In this document: piece by piece, positions 1 to 12,600 of the stretch
Layout: the number at the start of each line of letters is the position of its first letter
Numbering within the stretch: the stretch's first letter is position 1
NCBI GenBank assembly: GCA_902827015.1
Contig: CADEGZ010000001.1
Location: 1-54,276, forward strand
Reading direction: 5' to 3'
Length of the DNA: 54,276 nucleotides
Source: an uncultured Pseudomonadota bacterium
Lineage (GTDB): Bacteria > Pseudomonadota > Gammaproteobacteria > UBA6186 > Azoamicaceae
Notes under the pieces: generated by a model
Database searches by the model: none
Told to the model about the DNA's origin: nothing
The model's input: only the letters and a program-made list of their open reading frames with translations
Position numbers and translations under genes: made by a program

Positions 1-690
1 TTTAGTATTGTAAATAGTCAAATTCTTCCAAAATCTATACTCCAATTTCCTAACGTTTGCGCAATTAATTATCATGATTCGCTTCTTCCTAAATACGCAG
101 GGGTTAATGCCACATCATGGGCTATCTTAAACAACGAAAAGATTCATGGTATAAGCTGGCATAAAATGGAGGAAACGATAGACACTGGATCTATATTTAA
201 ACAACCTACATTTTATATCAAAGAGGATGAAACAGCTCTTAGCCTAAATTTAAAATGCCATATTCATGCCTTAGAGTCATTTAAAAAACTTATTCAAGAG
301 CTTGCTGGAAATAAAAATGTTACTATATTAGGAAAAATACAAGATAAAAGAAATAGAAGCTACTTCGCTAGTCATCAAAAACCGACCAATTTAGGAATCA
401 TATCTTGGGATGATTCAGCTGAAAATATTGAAAGGCAGTTTAGAGCTTTATATTTTGGAGAATATCCAAATATTTTAACTAGTTTTAAAATAAAAATAGG
501 GGATCAGTTCTTTATTCCTAACAAATTAAAAATTTTAAATATTTCTTCAAGATGTACGGTAGGAACTGTAATAAATATTACAGCTACAGAGATGCAGATT
601 TCCACACAAACAAGAGATATAACACTTGCAAATTTTAAAAATACTAAAGGACAGATGGTTACAATTGATCAGATTAGAAGTTTTTCGTGC
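1..690 (+). other. Formyltransferase (F) loading domain of the NRPS. The catalytic N-terminal subdomain is cut by the window edge; the Fmt C-terminal-like subdomain is present.
   Basis: N-x-H (Asn codon 67-69, His codon 73-75) inside INYHDSLLPKYAGVN. Asp at 181-183 inside ETIDTGSI. This is the Asn/His/Asp catalytic set and the HxSLLPxxxG motif of Fmt/GART-type formyltransferases, as in the LgrA F domain. Confidence 0.8.
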
Positions 691-3600
691 CCTAGATTAA
701 AGTCGGGTTACAAATTAAAAAGTTTAAACAAAAAAATTACAAAAGAACTATATAAAATATCGAACACTATTTCTCGTTCAGAAGATTATTGGGTAAATAG
801 CCTATTGAACTCTAATTCATCGAATATGCCTTTTATGAACCAAACATTGAAAATGGAAGGTATTGAAAAGAAGCTGCAAAGTAAAAGCTCCAAAAAAAAA
901 ACTGATTCCAACGAACGCACATTTTTAACTATAAAGAATTACAATATTGATACAGAAAACCAAATTTATTCTTTTTGTAATGTTATTCTTGCGGCTTTTG
1001 TTATTTATTTTTATCGTATTGGAAACAACTCTGATTTTACTTTTGGTTTTGTAAATTCTTTTCTCCAAAACATACCTAAATCTTTAAAACAGTTTTTTCC
1101 TAAATATGTCCCCCTAACATTTTCAATTAGTTCTTGTATGAAGATTATCCAATTAATAGAAGCCATACAAAAGAATATCGTAACTGCCGAAAAGAACAAG
1201 GCATATTTCAATGATTTACCAGTAAGAAACCAAGATGTCTTTAACGCATATACTACCCTGCCTATTGTAGTCAAGATTAGAAGTTCTCTCTCGAATAACA
1301 AATCAGAAGATGATAAATGTGTCGGTGCGTCTCTTTTATTGTATATCGATGAAATTAACCAGACATACGAGATAAAAACAAGAAATCTTCTAAGTTCAGA
1401 TTCTTTAAACTATGGGGTAGAACATATTCTTAAGAATATTCCTGAACATCTTAATAAAATAGTAGAACAGATACTTAAAAATCCAAACCAAATAATAGAA
1501 GAGATTCCCTTATTGCCAGAAAAAGAAAGCGAACAAGTATTAGTAGAGTGGAATGATACTGAAGTTTCTTATGAAGAAAATGGAGCTAAAACAATTATAC
1601 AGATTTTTGAGCAGCAAGTTGAGAAAACTCCAAACAACTTAGCTGCAATATATAATGATACAAAGCTGACGTACAACGAATTAAACAATAGAGCTAATCA
1701 ATTAGCTCATTATCTAAAAAGCCTTGGAGTAGGGCCTGATGTATTAGTTGCAATAATGATAGATCGTTCTCTTGATTTGATAATAGGAATACTTGGAATT
1801 TTAAAAGCGGGCGGGGCTTACGTACCTCTTGATCCGGGTTATCCAAATGAAAGACTTAAATTTATATTAGACGATACAGGAGTTCGCGTTCTCGTAACGC
1901 GAAAGGATATAGTAAAAACAAAAGAAAAATTCACAAAGAATGCGCTCCAGGCATATTATAAAGGCACAGTAGTCGTGCTTGATACAAAAGAAATGAAAGA
2001 GATGCTTGCGATCCAAAGTGTTAGTAATCCGCCTTCTTTTGTTATGCCGCAGAACCTTGTTTATGTGATCTACACTTCTGGCAGTACAGGAAAGCCTAAA
2101 GGAGTTATGGTAACACATGGCGGGCTTAGTTATTATATGAACCATTCCAAGAAAACCTATAGTTTATATAACGGATCCTCTCTACTACATTCTTCTATAG
2201 CCTTTGATATGTACATAAAGTCTATTTTTCTACCTCTTATAGTTGGCAATTCAATTTATATAATTTCCACTAATTCTATTGATGCATTGGCAAAAATGCT
2301 TGAAGAGCATGAATGTATTGGTTTACTTGAGCTTACCCCTGCGCATCTAAAAATTTTGAAAGATCAAATTATTAGAAAGTCTATACCAAAGCAAAAATGT
2401 AATCTGATCGTCGGAGGAGAAAATTTATTAGTAGATGACATAAATCTTTGGTTACCGATTTTGCCAGAGGCGTTTATTTTTAACGAGTATGGTCCCACTG
2501 AGACAACGATTGGTTGCTGTCTGTTTCAGTTGAATAATAACAATTTTTCATCATCAATGTCTATTCCCATAGGGCGTCCGATTTCAAATACGCAGATTTA
2601 TATTTTAGATTCAAATCTTAATCCAGTTCCTATACTTGTTCCTGGAGAAATCTATATAGGAGGAGTAGGACTTGCTCGAGGATATTTAAGTCGTCCAGAC
2701 TTAACTGCCGAGAAGTTTATACCTAATCCTTTCTTTAATAAAAAGAACTTAGACGGAACTCAAACAACTGCCAGTCTAGCCCAATCATTGAGACTTTATC
2801 GTACCGGAGATCTGGGCCGTTTCTTACCGGATGGTAACATTGAATTCTTGGGGCGCATTGACGATCAAGTAAAGATTAGAGGTTTTAGAATAGAGCTTGG
2901 AGAAATTGAATCTATTCTAAGCACTTATAGTGATATTAGCCAAGCTTTGGTAATGGCAAGAGAAGATAAGCCAGGATATAAACAATTAGTTGCTTACTTA
3001 GTACCAGAGCAAAAGATTAGTGCTTCTTTAAGTGTAGCAGATAAATTTAGCTCCACTGCTAAAGGATCATTCTCTATTTTACATGGAGAGGCAGCCTTAT
3101 CATTAATAGAAGATTTAAGAAAACATCTTTCTCTTAGCTTGCCAGACTATATGGTCCCGGCATTCTTTGTATTTCTTGATAGAATGCCCCTAACTCTAAA
3201 CGGTAAGATAGATAAGAAATCTCTTCCTGCTCCTAATTTAAGTTTGGAAAGAATAAGAGATAGTTATGTAGCCCCTACTAATGAAATAGAAAAAACGCTT
3301 ATTTCGATCTGGAGTGAAGTGTTAAGGATAGATGCGGATAAAATTAGTATTCATGATAATTTCTTTAGGTTAGGTGGTGATTCTATTATTAGTATACAGC
3401 TTACATCTAAAGCTCAAAATACAGGGATTTATTTTGCCGTTAAAGATATTTTTAGTTTTCCAACGATCGCGGGATTAGCTTTAATCGCTACAAAAAAAGT
3501 AGCTAGAGAAAATACTAATCAGTTGATCTCTTTGGCGAAGCCTTTTCAAGGTGGAGTGACCAGCAATATTCCACTGACACCTATTCAACACTGGTTCTTT

Positions 3601-6600
3601 GCGCAAGACTTAAATAATAGAAATCATTATAATCAATCTTCAATACTTTTATTATCTTCCTCTGTTGATTTTTCATTACTCAAAAAATCGTTTAATTTCT
3701 TAATTAAACATCATGATCTTTTGAGATGTAGGTATGCTAAGCATAAAAAGAACAATGGAAATAATTGGGAACAAATTGCCTTAGGGATAGATGAAGAGAA
3801 TATTTCTTCAATTTGGTCAGAAATTGATTTAAAGGATGTGTGTGATCAAGATTTAACTGAAGCCATAGAGAAGCAGTCAAGTAAAATACAGGCAAGCTTG
3901 AATATAGAATCGGGTCCTTTATTAAGAGCGGTTCTTTTTAACTGTGGGAAAACTAGAACAGCAAGGCTCCTTATAGTCATCCATCATCTTGTTATAGATG
4001 GTGTATCATGGCGGATCTTACTTGAGGATTTAGAAAGCATTTATAAACGCTTAAAAGAGGGTTTGAATTTTTCTGATATTTCTAAAATATATAGGAAGAG
4101 CCATTCTTATGAACAGTGGTCTAATGCTTTAATAAAATACGCTCCTCAATCCAGCGTGCTTAAAAAACAAATTCCTTATTGGAAAGCAATAGAACAACGA
4201 TGTAGAAGAATTACACTACCAAAAGATTTTAAAGAACAAAAAACGGAGAGCATAAGCAGTAATAACTCATTGCGTTCAGTGGTTTTGTCTTTAAATGAAG
4301 AAGAAACTAAATTTCTTCTTCAAAGTGTACCCAAAGCCTATAGAACGGAAATCAATGATATTCTTTTAACAGCAGTGACGCTTGCTATAGGGGATTGGAC
4401 TGGAAAGTATGAAATAAGTCTCTCATTAGAAGGGCATGGTAGAGAAGATATAGGGTTTGACATAGACATATCAAGAACAATTGGTTGGTTTACTACAGTA
4501 TTTCCTGTTTATCTTGACTTGAAGAGCAGTGTAAGAATTCAAGAGACTAAAGACATTACTGATATTAACCTAGAAAAAGCTATTAAAAAAGTCAAAGAAG
4601 AAATTAGAAAAATTCCAAATAAAGGTATTGGGTATGGTGTTCTTGCTTATTTAAACAAAAGCTTAAGTAAGAAAAATAATGTTAATGCTGAAAATCAGCA
4701 GCCTATAAGCTTTAATTATTTGGGCCAATGGGACAATATTTTGCAGAAAGAGGGGCTATTTAGCTTTGCTGCTGAATCAAGCAGAGAAAATATATCAAAA
4801 GAAAATAAAGATCCATATCTTTTAAACATTAATAGCGAGATAAAGCAAGGTATTTTTAGTATTTCTTTTGGTTATAATAGTCTTGATTACAAAAAAGAAA
4901 CTATAGAAAAGGTTGGTAATTACTTTATCTCAAGGCTTAAGCAAATCATTAATCATTGCACGATTGAAGGTGCCTATGGATATACATCTTCAGATTTTTC
5001 TCTGATAAATTTGTCTCAACAATCTATTAATACTAATTTTGCCAGCATTAAAGGGATAGAAGATATTTACCCGCTCACTCCAATGCAATCAGGACTTTTA
5101 TTCCAATCTCTATATACACCTGATTCGGACGCTTATTTTGTACAAAGTATTTTTGAACTGATGGGAGTAGATAAACAAGTTTTTCAGCTAAGCTGGCAAA
5201 AGGTAAGTGACCATCATCCCATTTTAAGAACCGGAATAGTATGGGAAAATTTAGATGAACCGGTTCAATACGTTCTTGATCGGGCAAAAGTAGTTTTTGA
5301 GGAATATAATTTAGAGTTGGAAGAAATTAGTAGTAAACAACTTAAACTTGATGAGATTATTCAAAAAGATAGAAAGAAAGGTTTTAATTTAAGCAAAGCC
5401 CCTCTTTTTAGGATAATTCTAGTTAGTTTTTCTGAAAATAAACATTATATGATTTGGAGTCAAAGCCATATATTAACTGATGGATGGAGTACTCCTATTA
5501 TTCTTGGAGATTTTCTTAAAACTTACAGAGAAATCAAAAAAGGAAAGAGAGTAAATGAAATATCACTTACAACAAGGAACCCTTACAGAGAATATATAGC
5601 GTGGCTTAAAGAACAAGACAATACTAAAGCAGAAGCCTTTTGGAAAGAATACTTAGGAGGCATAAGTGGGCCTACAAAATTGAGTCTTAAAGATACCATA
5701 AATCTAAAAGAATACTCAAAAGAAGCGATAATAAATGATTACTTTACACATACAATGAATCTTTCAGAAGAAATCACAGAGAAAATACAAAATTTTGCAA
5801 GGAATAATAATTTTACTTTAAATACTGTAATTCAAGGAACAATTGCTACAATACTTAAAAAGTATACTCAAAAAGAAGAGATAATACTGGGCATTACTGT
5901 GTCTGGAAGAACTGTGCCAATAGAAGGCATTGAGGATATGGTAGGACTTTTTATTAACACTCTTCCATTAAGACTAAATTTTAAAGAGAATGAAAGTATT
6001 ATTTATTTCCTTCGAAGATTGCAACACAATACTCAAAATATAAATGAGTATGCATATTCATCATTAGCTCAAATACAATCTTGGTCAGGGCTCAATGATA
6101 CAAAAGGAGGATTGTTCGATGTTCTTCTTGTTTTCGAAAATTATTATATAGGTGAAGAAGCAAAAAGAGAAACCAGTTTGGATAATAATGATAATAATTT
6201 ACATGTTAGATTCTTAAAAGAAATAGAAAAAGCAGAATATCCCTTGAATATCAAAGTGATACCAGGTGAGAAAATATGCATGGAATTTGGCTATAAAATA
6301 ACACATTTCAATGAACAGACAATTCAAAGACTATCTTCGCATTTTCAAGAATTAATAACAGAACTAACAAATAATTCAGGTAAGAGTATTAATGATCTTT
6401 CTCTTCTAACTGAGCAAGAAAAGGATCAAATGCTAATAAAGTGGAATGAAACGGATGTTGTTTATCGAGAAATTGCTCAACACGAAACAATCATCCAGCT
6501 TTTTGAGAGGCAAGCTCAGAAGACACCGAACAATGTTGCTATAGTATATAATGAGAGACAATTGACTTATAAGCAACTAAATGAAAAAGCTAATCAATTA

Positions 6601-9600
6601 GCTCATTATCTAAGAAGACTTGGGATAGGACCTGGAGTACTCGTCGCAATAATGGTAGCTCGATCTCTGGATTTGATTATAGGCTTGCTTGGAATTGTAA
6701 AAGCAGGTGGAGCTTATGTACCTCTTGACCCAGATTATCCAAATGAAAGACTTAAGTTTATGTTAGAGGACACTAGGGCAAAAGTGCTCGTAACACAAGA
6801 AGAAATAGTAAGAGTAAAAGAAGAATTTGTAAAGAAAGAACTCCAGACATATTATAAAGGCACAATAGTCGTGCTTGATACAAAAGAAATGAAAGAAATG
6901 CTTTCAATTCAACGTGTTAATAATCTGCCCTCTATTGTTATGCTACATGATCTTGCTTATGTGATCTACACTTCCGGTAGTACAGGGAGACCTAAGGGAG
7001 CTGTGATTCAGCATAAATCTCTTATCAATTTAATATTTTGGGTTAATAATACTTTCGATGTTGGTGTCAAAGATAGAATTTTATTTGTAACTTCGATATG
7101 TTTTGATCTGTCTGTTTACGATATTTTTGGTATTTTAATAGCTGGCGGATCGATTCAAATTGCGTCAAGGGATGAAATAAAAGATCCTGATAAACTTCTG
7201 CAATTATTAAATCGTCAACCAATTACATTTTGGGATTCGGCACCAGCTATTTTAAATCAGTTAATGAATGTGATTAATGCTAATAATCATCTTTGCAAAA
7301 GTAACCACCTTAGGTTAATTTTTCTGAGTGGAGATTGGATACCTATTAATCTCCTTAGGCATATCAAGAACTATTTTAGCAATGCACAGATTGTAAGTTT
7401 AGGAGGCGCCACAGAAGCTACCATATGGTCAAATTTTTATAGTGTTACAACGATGAACCCCGCATGGGCAAGTATTCCTTATGGAAAACCAATCTCCAAT
7501 ACTCAATATTATATATTGGATTCAAATCTTAATCCAGTTCCTATACTTGTTCCTGGAGAAATCTATATAGGTGGGTTAGGGCTAGCTTCTGGATATTTAG
7601 GTCGTCCAGATTTGACCGCTGAAAAGTTTATTCCTAATCCTTTCTTTAATAAAAAGAACTTAGACGGAGGAGCACGAAAAGTTAATAGTGTAGTCCAGCC
7701 ACTAAGGCTTTATCGTACGGGAGATCTGGCCAGATTTTTGCCGGATGGTAACATAGAGCTTTTGGGACGCATTGACGATCAAGTGAAGATTAGAGGTTTT
7801 AGAGTAGAACTTGGAGAAATTGAATCTATTCTAAGTGCTTATAGTGATATTAGCCAAGCCTTGGTAATTGCAAGAGAAGACAAACCAGGATATAAACAAT
7901 TAATTGCTTACTTGGTACCAGACCAAAAAATTAGTGCTACTTTAAATGTAGCGGATACATTTATTTCCACTTCTAAAGAAGCCTTCTCTGTTTTACAAGG
8001 AGAATTTGCTTTATCAATAATAGAAGATTTAAGAAAACATCTTTCCCTTAGCTTACCAGATTATATGATCCCAGCATTCTTTGTATTTCTTGATAAAATG
8101 CCCCTAACTCCAAACGGTAAAATAGATAAAAAATCCCTTCCAGCCCCTGATTTAAGTTTGGAAAGAGTGGGAGATAGTTATGTAGCCCCTACTAATGAAA
8201 TAGAAAAAACACTTACTTCAATCTGGAGTGAAGTGTTGAGGATAGATGCGAATAAAATTAGCATTCATGATAATTTTTTTAGGTTAGGTGGACAGTCACT
8301 TTTTGCAACTCAAGTAGCATCTAGAATGAGAAATATATTTATTACAGAAATCTCACTTCGTTTGTTGTTTGAGTACCCTACTATTGCTGCTTTAGGAAAA
8401 GAGATATCGAAAATCATTGATAGTAGAATGGATAAGGATTACAATTCAGCTAATGAAGCCATTCCTCTAATTACTACCTCGTCTGCCAGACCGAAACGTA
8501 TACCTCTTTCCTTTGCACAAAATAGGCTTTGGTTTTTAAACCAATTAATGCCAGGAATTCCTCTTTATAATGTACCAACAGTATTGAAGCTTGTTGGCAG
8601 TTTGAATGTGGCTTGCTTAGAAAGAGCACTTAATGCTTTAATAGTTCGCCATGAAATACTTAGAACAGTGTTTCCTTATATTGATGAAGAAGCCTGTCAA
8701 CTCGTCCTTCCTGAACTTAGTATTGAGATAATAGAAGAGACTATTAATGATAAAAGTTCTTTAGTGAAACTAGCTAAAGAGGAATCAAATATTATATTTA
8801 ATCTAGCTACAGGACCTTTACTTAAAGTAAGGCTCGTATTTTTCTTAGATAAAAACTGTGAAGAAAAAGATCAGGAAAAGAGTGAGTATTTTCTTTTCAT
8901 AACCATGCATCATATAATAACTGACGGTTGGTCTGAGGCGATTTTCTTTAAAGAGCTAGCCACTCTTTACAATCATTACCTAAAAGAAAAAAATGGTAAA
9001 TCTTGCCTGGAAGATTTTGTTTTACCTAATTTATCTTTCCAATATGCAGATTATACTCTCTGGCAGAGAAATTGGCTTAAAGGAAAGATCTTTGAAGATG
9101 AATTATCTTACTGGAAAACCCAGCTTGAAGTGCTTCCAGAATTTATCCAATTGCCAACGGATAAAATAAGGCCTAAAGAGTTAAGTTATGAAGGAGGAAT
9201 TTATAATTTTACTTTGCCAAAAAACATAAGTGAAAAAATAAGAACTTTATCTGAAAAATCAGGAACAACAATGTTCATGACAATGCTGGCAATATTTCAG
9301 GTGTTTCTGTATAAAATATCAGGTCAAGATGATATAGTAGTTGGTACCCCTGTGGCAGGTAGACATTTTAAGGAATTAGAAGGTTTAATTGGATTCTTTG
9401 TAAATACTTTAGCTATTAGAACAAGATTTGAAGGAACAAAAGGTGATCTACAAACTTTTATTAATATTCTAGAAAAGGTAAAGAATACTATCTTGGAAGG
9501 TTATAGGCATCAGAATATCCCTTTTGAACAATTAGTAGATCACTTAAACATTACTAGAACGCTAAATAGGAATCCGGTATTCCAAATCATGTTTACTTAT

Positions 9601-12600
9601 GAGAGTAAGATAAACATTATTATAGAACAAGAATCGTTTGTTCTAAACAATATTAAACTTATGCCATTCGACTCAATAAATGCATATTCTATATCCCAAT
9701 TTGATTTAAGTGTCCATAATTATGAGTCTGATGAAGGAATGAATATAAAATTTGTGTATTCAAAAGATATTTGGACTGAACAAGCAATTCAAAAACTATC
9801 TTCGTATTTTAAAGAGTTAATAACAACTTTGGCATATAACCCAGAAAAAAATATTAATGATCTTTCCTTGTTAACAGAAGAAGAAAAAGAGCAAATGTTA
9901 GTAAAGTGGAATAATACTGGTTTTTATCAAAAAACTAATCAATATAAAACAATTATACAACTTTTTGAGCAACAAGTTGAGAAGACTCCAAACAATATAG
10001 CTGTCGTATATAATGATACGCATCTGACATACAAAAAACTAAATGAAAAAGCTAATCAATTAGCTTATTATCTAAGAAATCTTGGAGTAGGGCCTGATGC
10101 ACCAGTTGCAATAATGGTAGATCGATCTTTAGATTTAATTACAGGGCTAGTTGGGATTTTAAAAGCTGGCGGAACTTATGTACCTCTTGACCCAGATTAT
10201 CCAAATGAAAGACTGAGATACATGTTAGAAGACAGTAGAGCAAAAGTACTCGTAACGCAAGGAGAAATGTTAAGATCAAAAGAAAAATTTGTAAATAAAG
10301 AACTCGAAACATATTATAAAGGTACAATAGTGGTACTTGATACAAATCAAGTCAAAGAATTAATTGCAATACAAAGTGTTAATAATCCACCTTCTTTTGT
10401 TATGCCGCAAAACCTCGTTTATGTAATCTATACTTCTGGCAGTACAGGGAAGCCCAAGGGAGTTATGGTAACCCACAAAGGGCTTACGAACCTTGTTAAA
10501 GCCCAGATGAAAGCATTTGGCATCAAAGAAAAGAGTAAGGTTATACAATTTGCATCTATTAGCTTTGATGCTGCGGCATCAGAAATATTTACCGTTATCG
10601 CTAAAGGCGCGACATTATATTTACTATCTAAAAACACTATAAAAGACAAAGCTCTTTTTTCTAACTTTTTACTTAAGAGTAAGTGCAATCTTTCTACTTT
10701 TCCTCCAAGTTTTTTAAGTAAGATGGACCCAAAAGAAATGAGGCAAATGAAAACTATAATAACTGCTGGTGAAATGTTAACAAGTCACCTCGCAAAAGAA
10801 TGGATTCAAAATAGATGTTTAATTAATGCATATGGTCCTACAGAAACCACCGTAGGATGTACTTCATTTGAGATCAATTCAATGACTAAATATAACAATC
10901 TAGATTTGGTTTCTATTCCTATAGGTTGGCCGATTTCAAATACACAGATTTATATTTTAGATTCAGATCTTAATCCAGTTCCTATACTTGTTCCTGGAGA
11001 AATCTATATAGGAGGAGTAGGACTTGCTCGAGGATATTTAGGTCGTCCAGACTTAACTGCCGAGAAGTTTATACCTAATCCTTTTTTTAATAAAAAGAAT
11101 TTAGATGGAGCACAAACAACTGATAATCTAATCCAATCATTAAGACTTTACCGTACGGGAGATCTAGCCCGATTTTTACCAAATGGTAACATTGAATTTT
11201 TGGGACGCATTGACGATCAAGTGAAGATCAGAGGCTTTAGGATAGAGCTCGGAGAAATTGAATCTATTCTAAATGCTTATAGTAATATTAGCCAAGCCTT
11301 GATAATTGCAAGAGAAGACAAGCCAGGATATAAACAATTAGTTGCTTACTTAGTAGCAGATCAGAAGATTAGTGCTTCTTTAAGTATAGCAGATACATTT
11401 AGTTCTACTTCTAAAGAATCATTCTCTGTTTTACATGGAGAGGCAGCTTTATCATTAATAGAAGATTTAAGAAAACATCTTTTTCTTAGTTTACCAGACT
11501 ATATGGTCCCGGTATTCTTTGTATTTCTTGATAGAATGCCCCTAACTCCAAACGGTAAGATAGATAAGAAATCCCTGCCTGCTCCTGATTTAAGTTTAGA
11601 AAGGTTAAGAGATAATTATGTAGACCCTAGCAATGAAATAGAAAAAACGCTTGTTTCAATCTGGAGTGAAGTGTTGAAAATAGATGTGGATAAAATTAGC
11701 ATGCATGATAATTTCTTTAGGTTAGGTGGCGATTCTATCATTAGTATACAACTTGCATCTAAAGCTCAAAATAGAGGGATTTATTTTGCTGTTAAAGATA
11801 TTTTTAGTTTTCCAACGGTCGCAGGACTAGCTTTAATTGCCAAGAAAAAAGTAGCTAAAGAAAATACTAATAAACTTATCTCATTGGCAAAGCCTTTGCA
11901 AGGCGAGGTGACTGGCAATATTCCACTGATACCTATTCAATATTGGTTCTTTGAGCAATGCTTAAATAATATAAATCACTATAATCAATCTTCAATGCTT
12001 TTATTATCTTCCTCTGTTAATTTTTTGTTACTTAAAAAATCCGTTAATTTCCTAATTAACCATCATGATCTTTTAAGATGCAAATACATTAAGTATAAAA
12101 AGAACAAGGATTCTATTGATAATAAGATTAATAATACTAGGAAAATCCCTTTAAATAGTTGGGAACAAATTGCCTTAGGGATAGATGAAGAGAATATTTC
12201 TTCTATTTGGTCTGAAGTTAATCTAAAGGATGTGAATGACAAAGATTTAACTGATACCATAGAGAAGTATTCAAATAAAATACAAGCAAGCTTAAATATA
12301 GAATCGGGTCCTTTATTAAGAATCGTTCTTTTTAATTGTGGGGAAAATAGAAGAGCGAGACTTCTGATAGTTATCCACCATCTTGTGGTAGATGGGATAT
12401 CATGGAGGATCTTACTTGAGGGTCTAGAAAGCATTTATAAATTCTTAAAAGAGGGTTTCAATTTTTCTGACATTTCTAAAACGTATAGGAAGAGCCATTC
12501 TTATAAGCAGTGGTCTAATGCTTTACTAAAATACGCTCAATCCAGTGAGCTTAAAAAACAAATTTCTTATTGGAAAGCAATAGAACAAAGTTGCAGGGGA

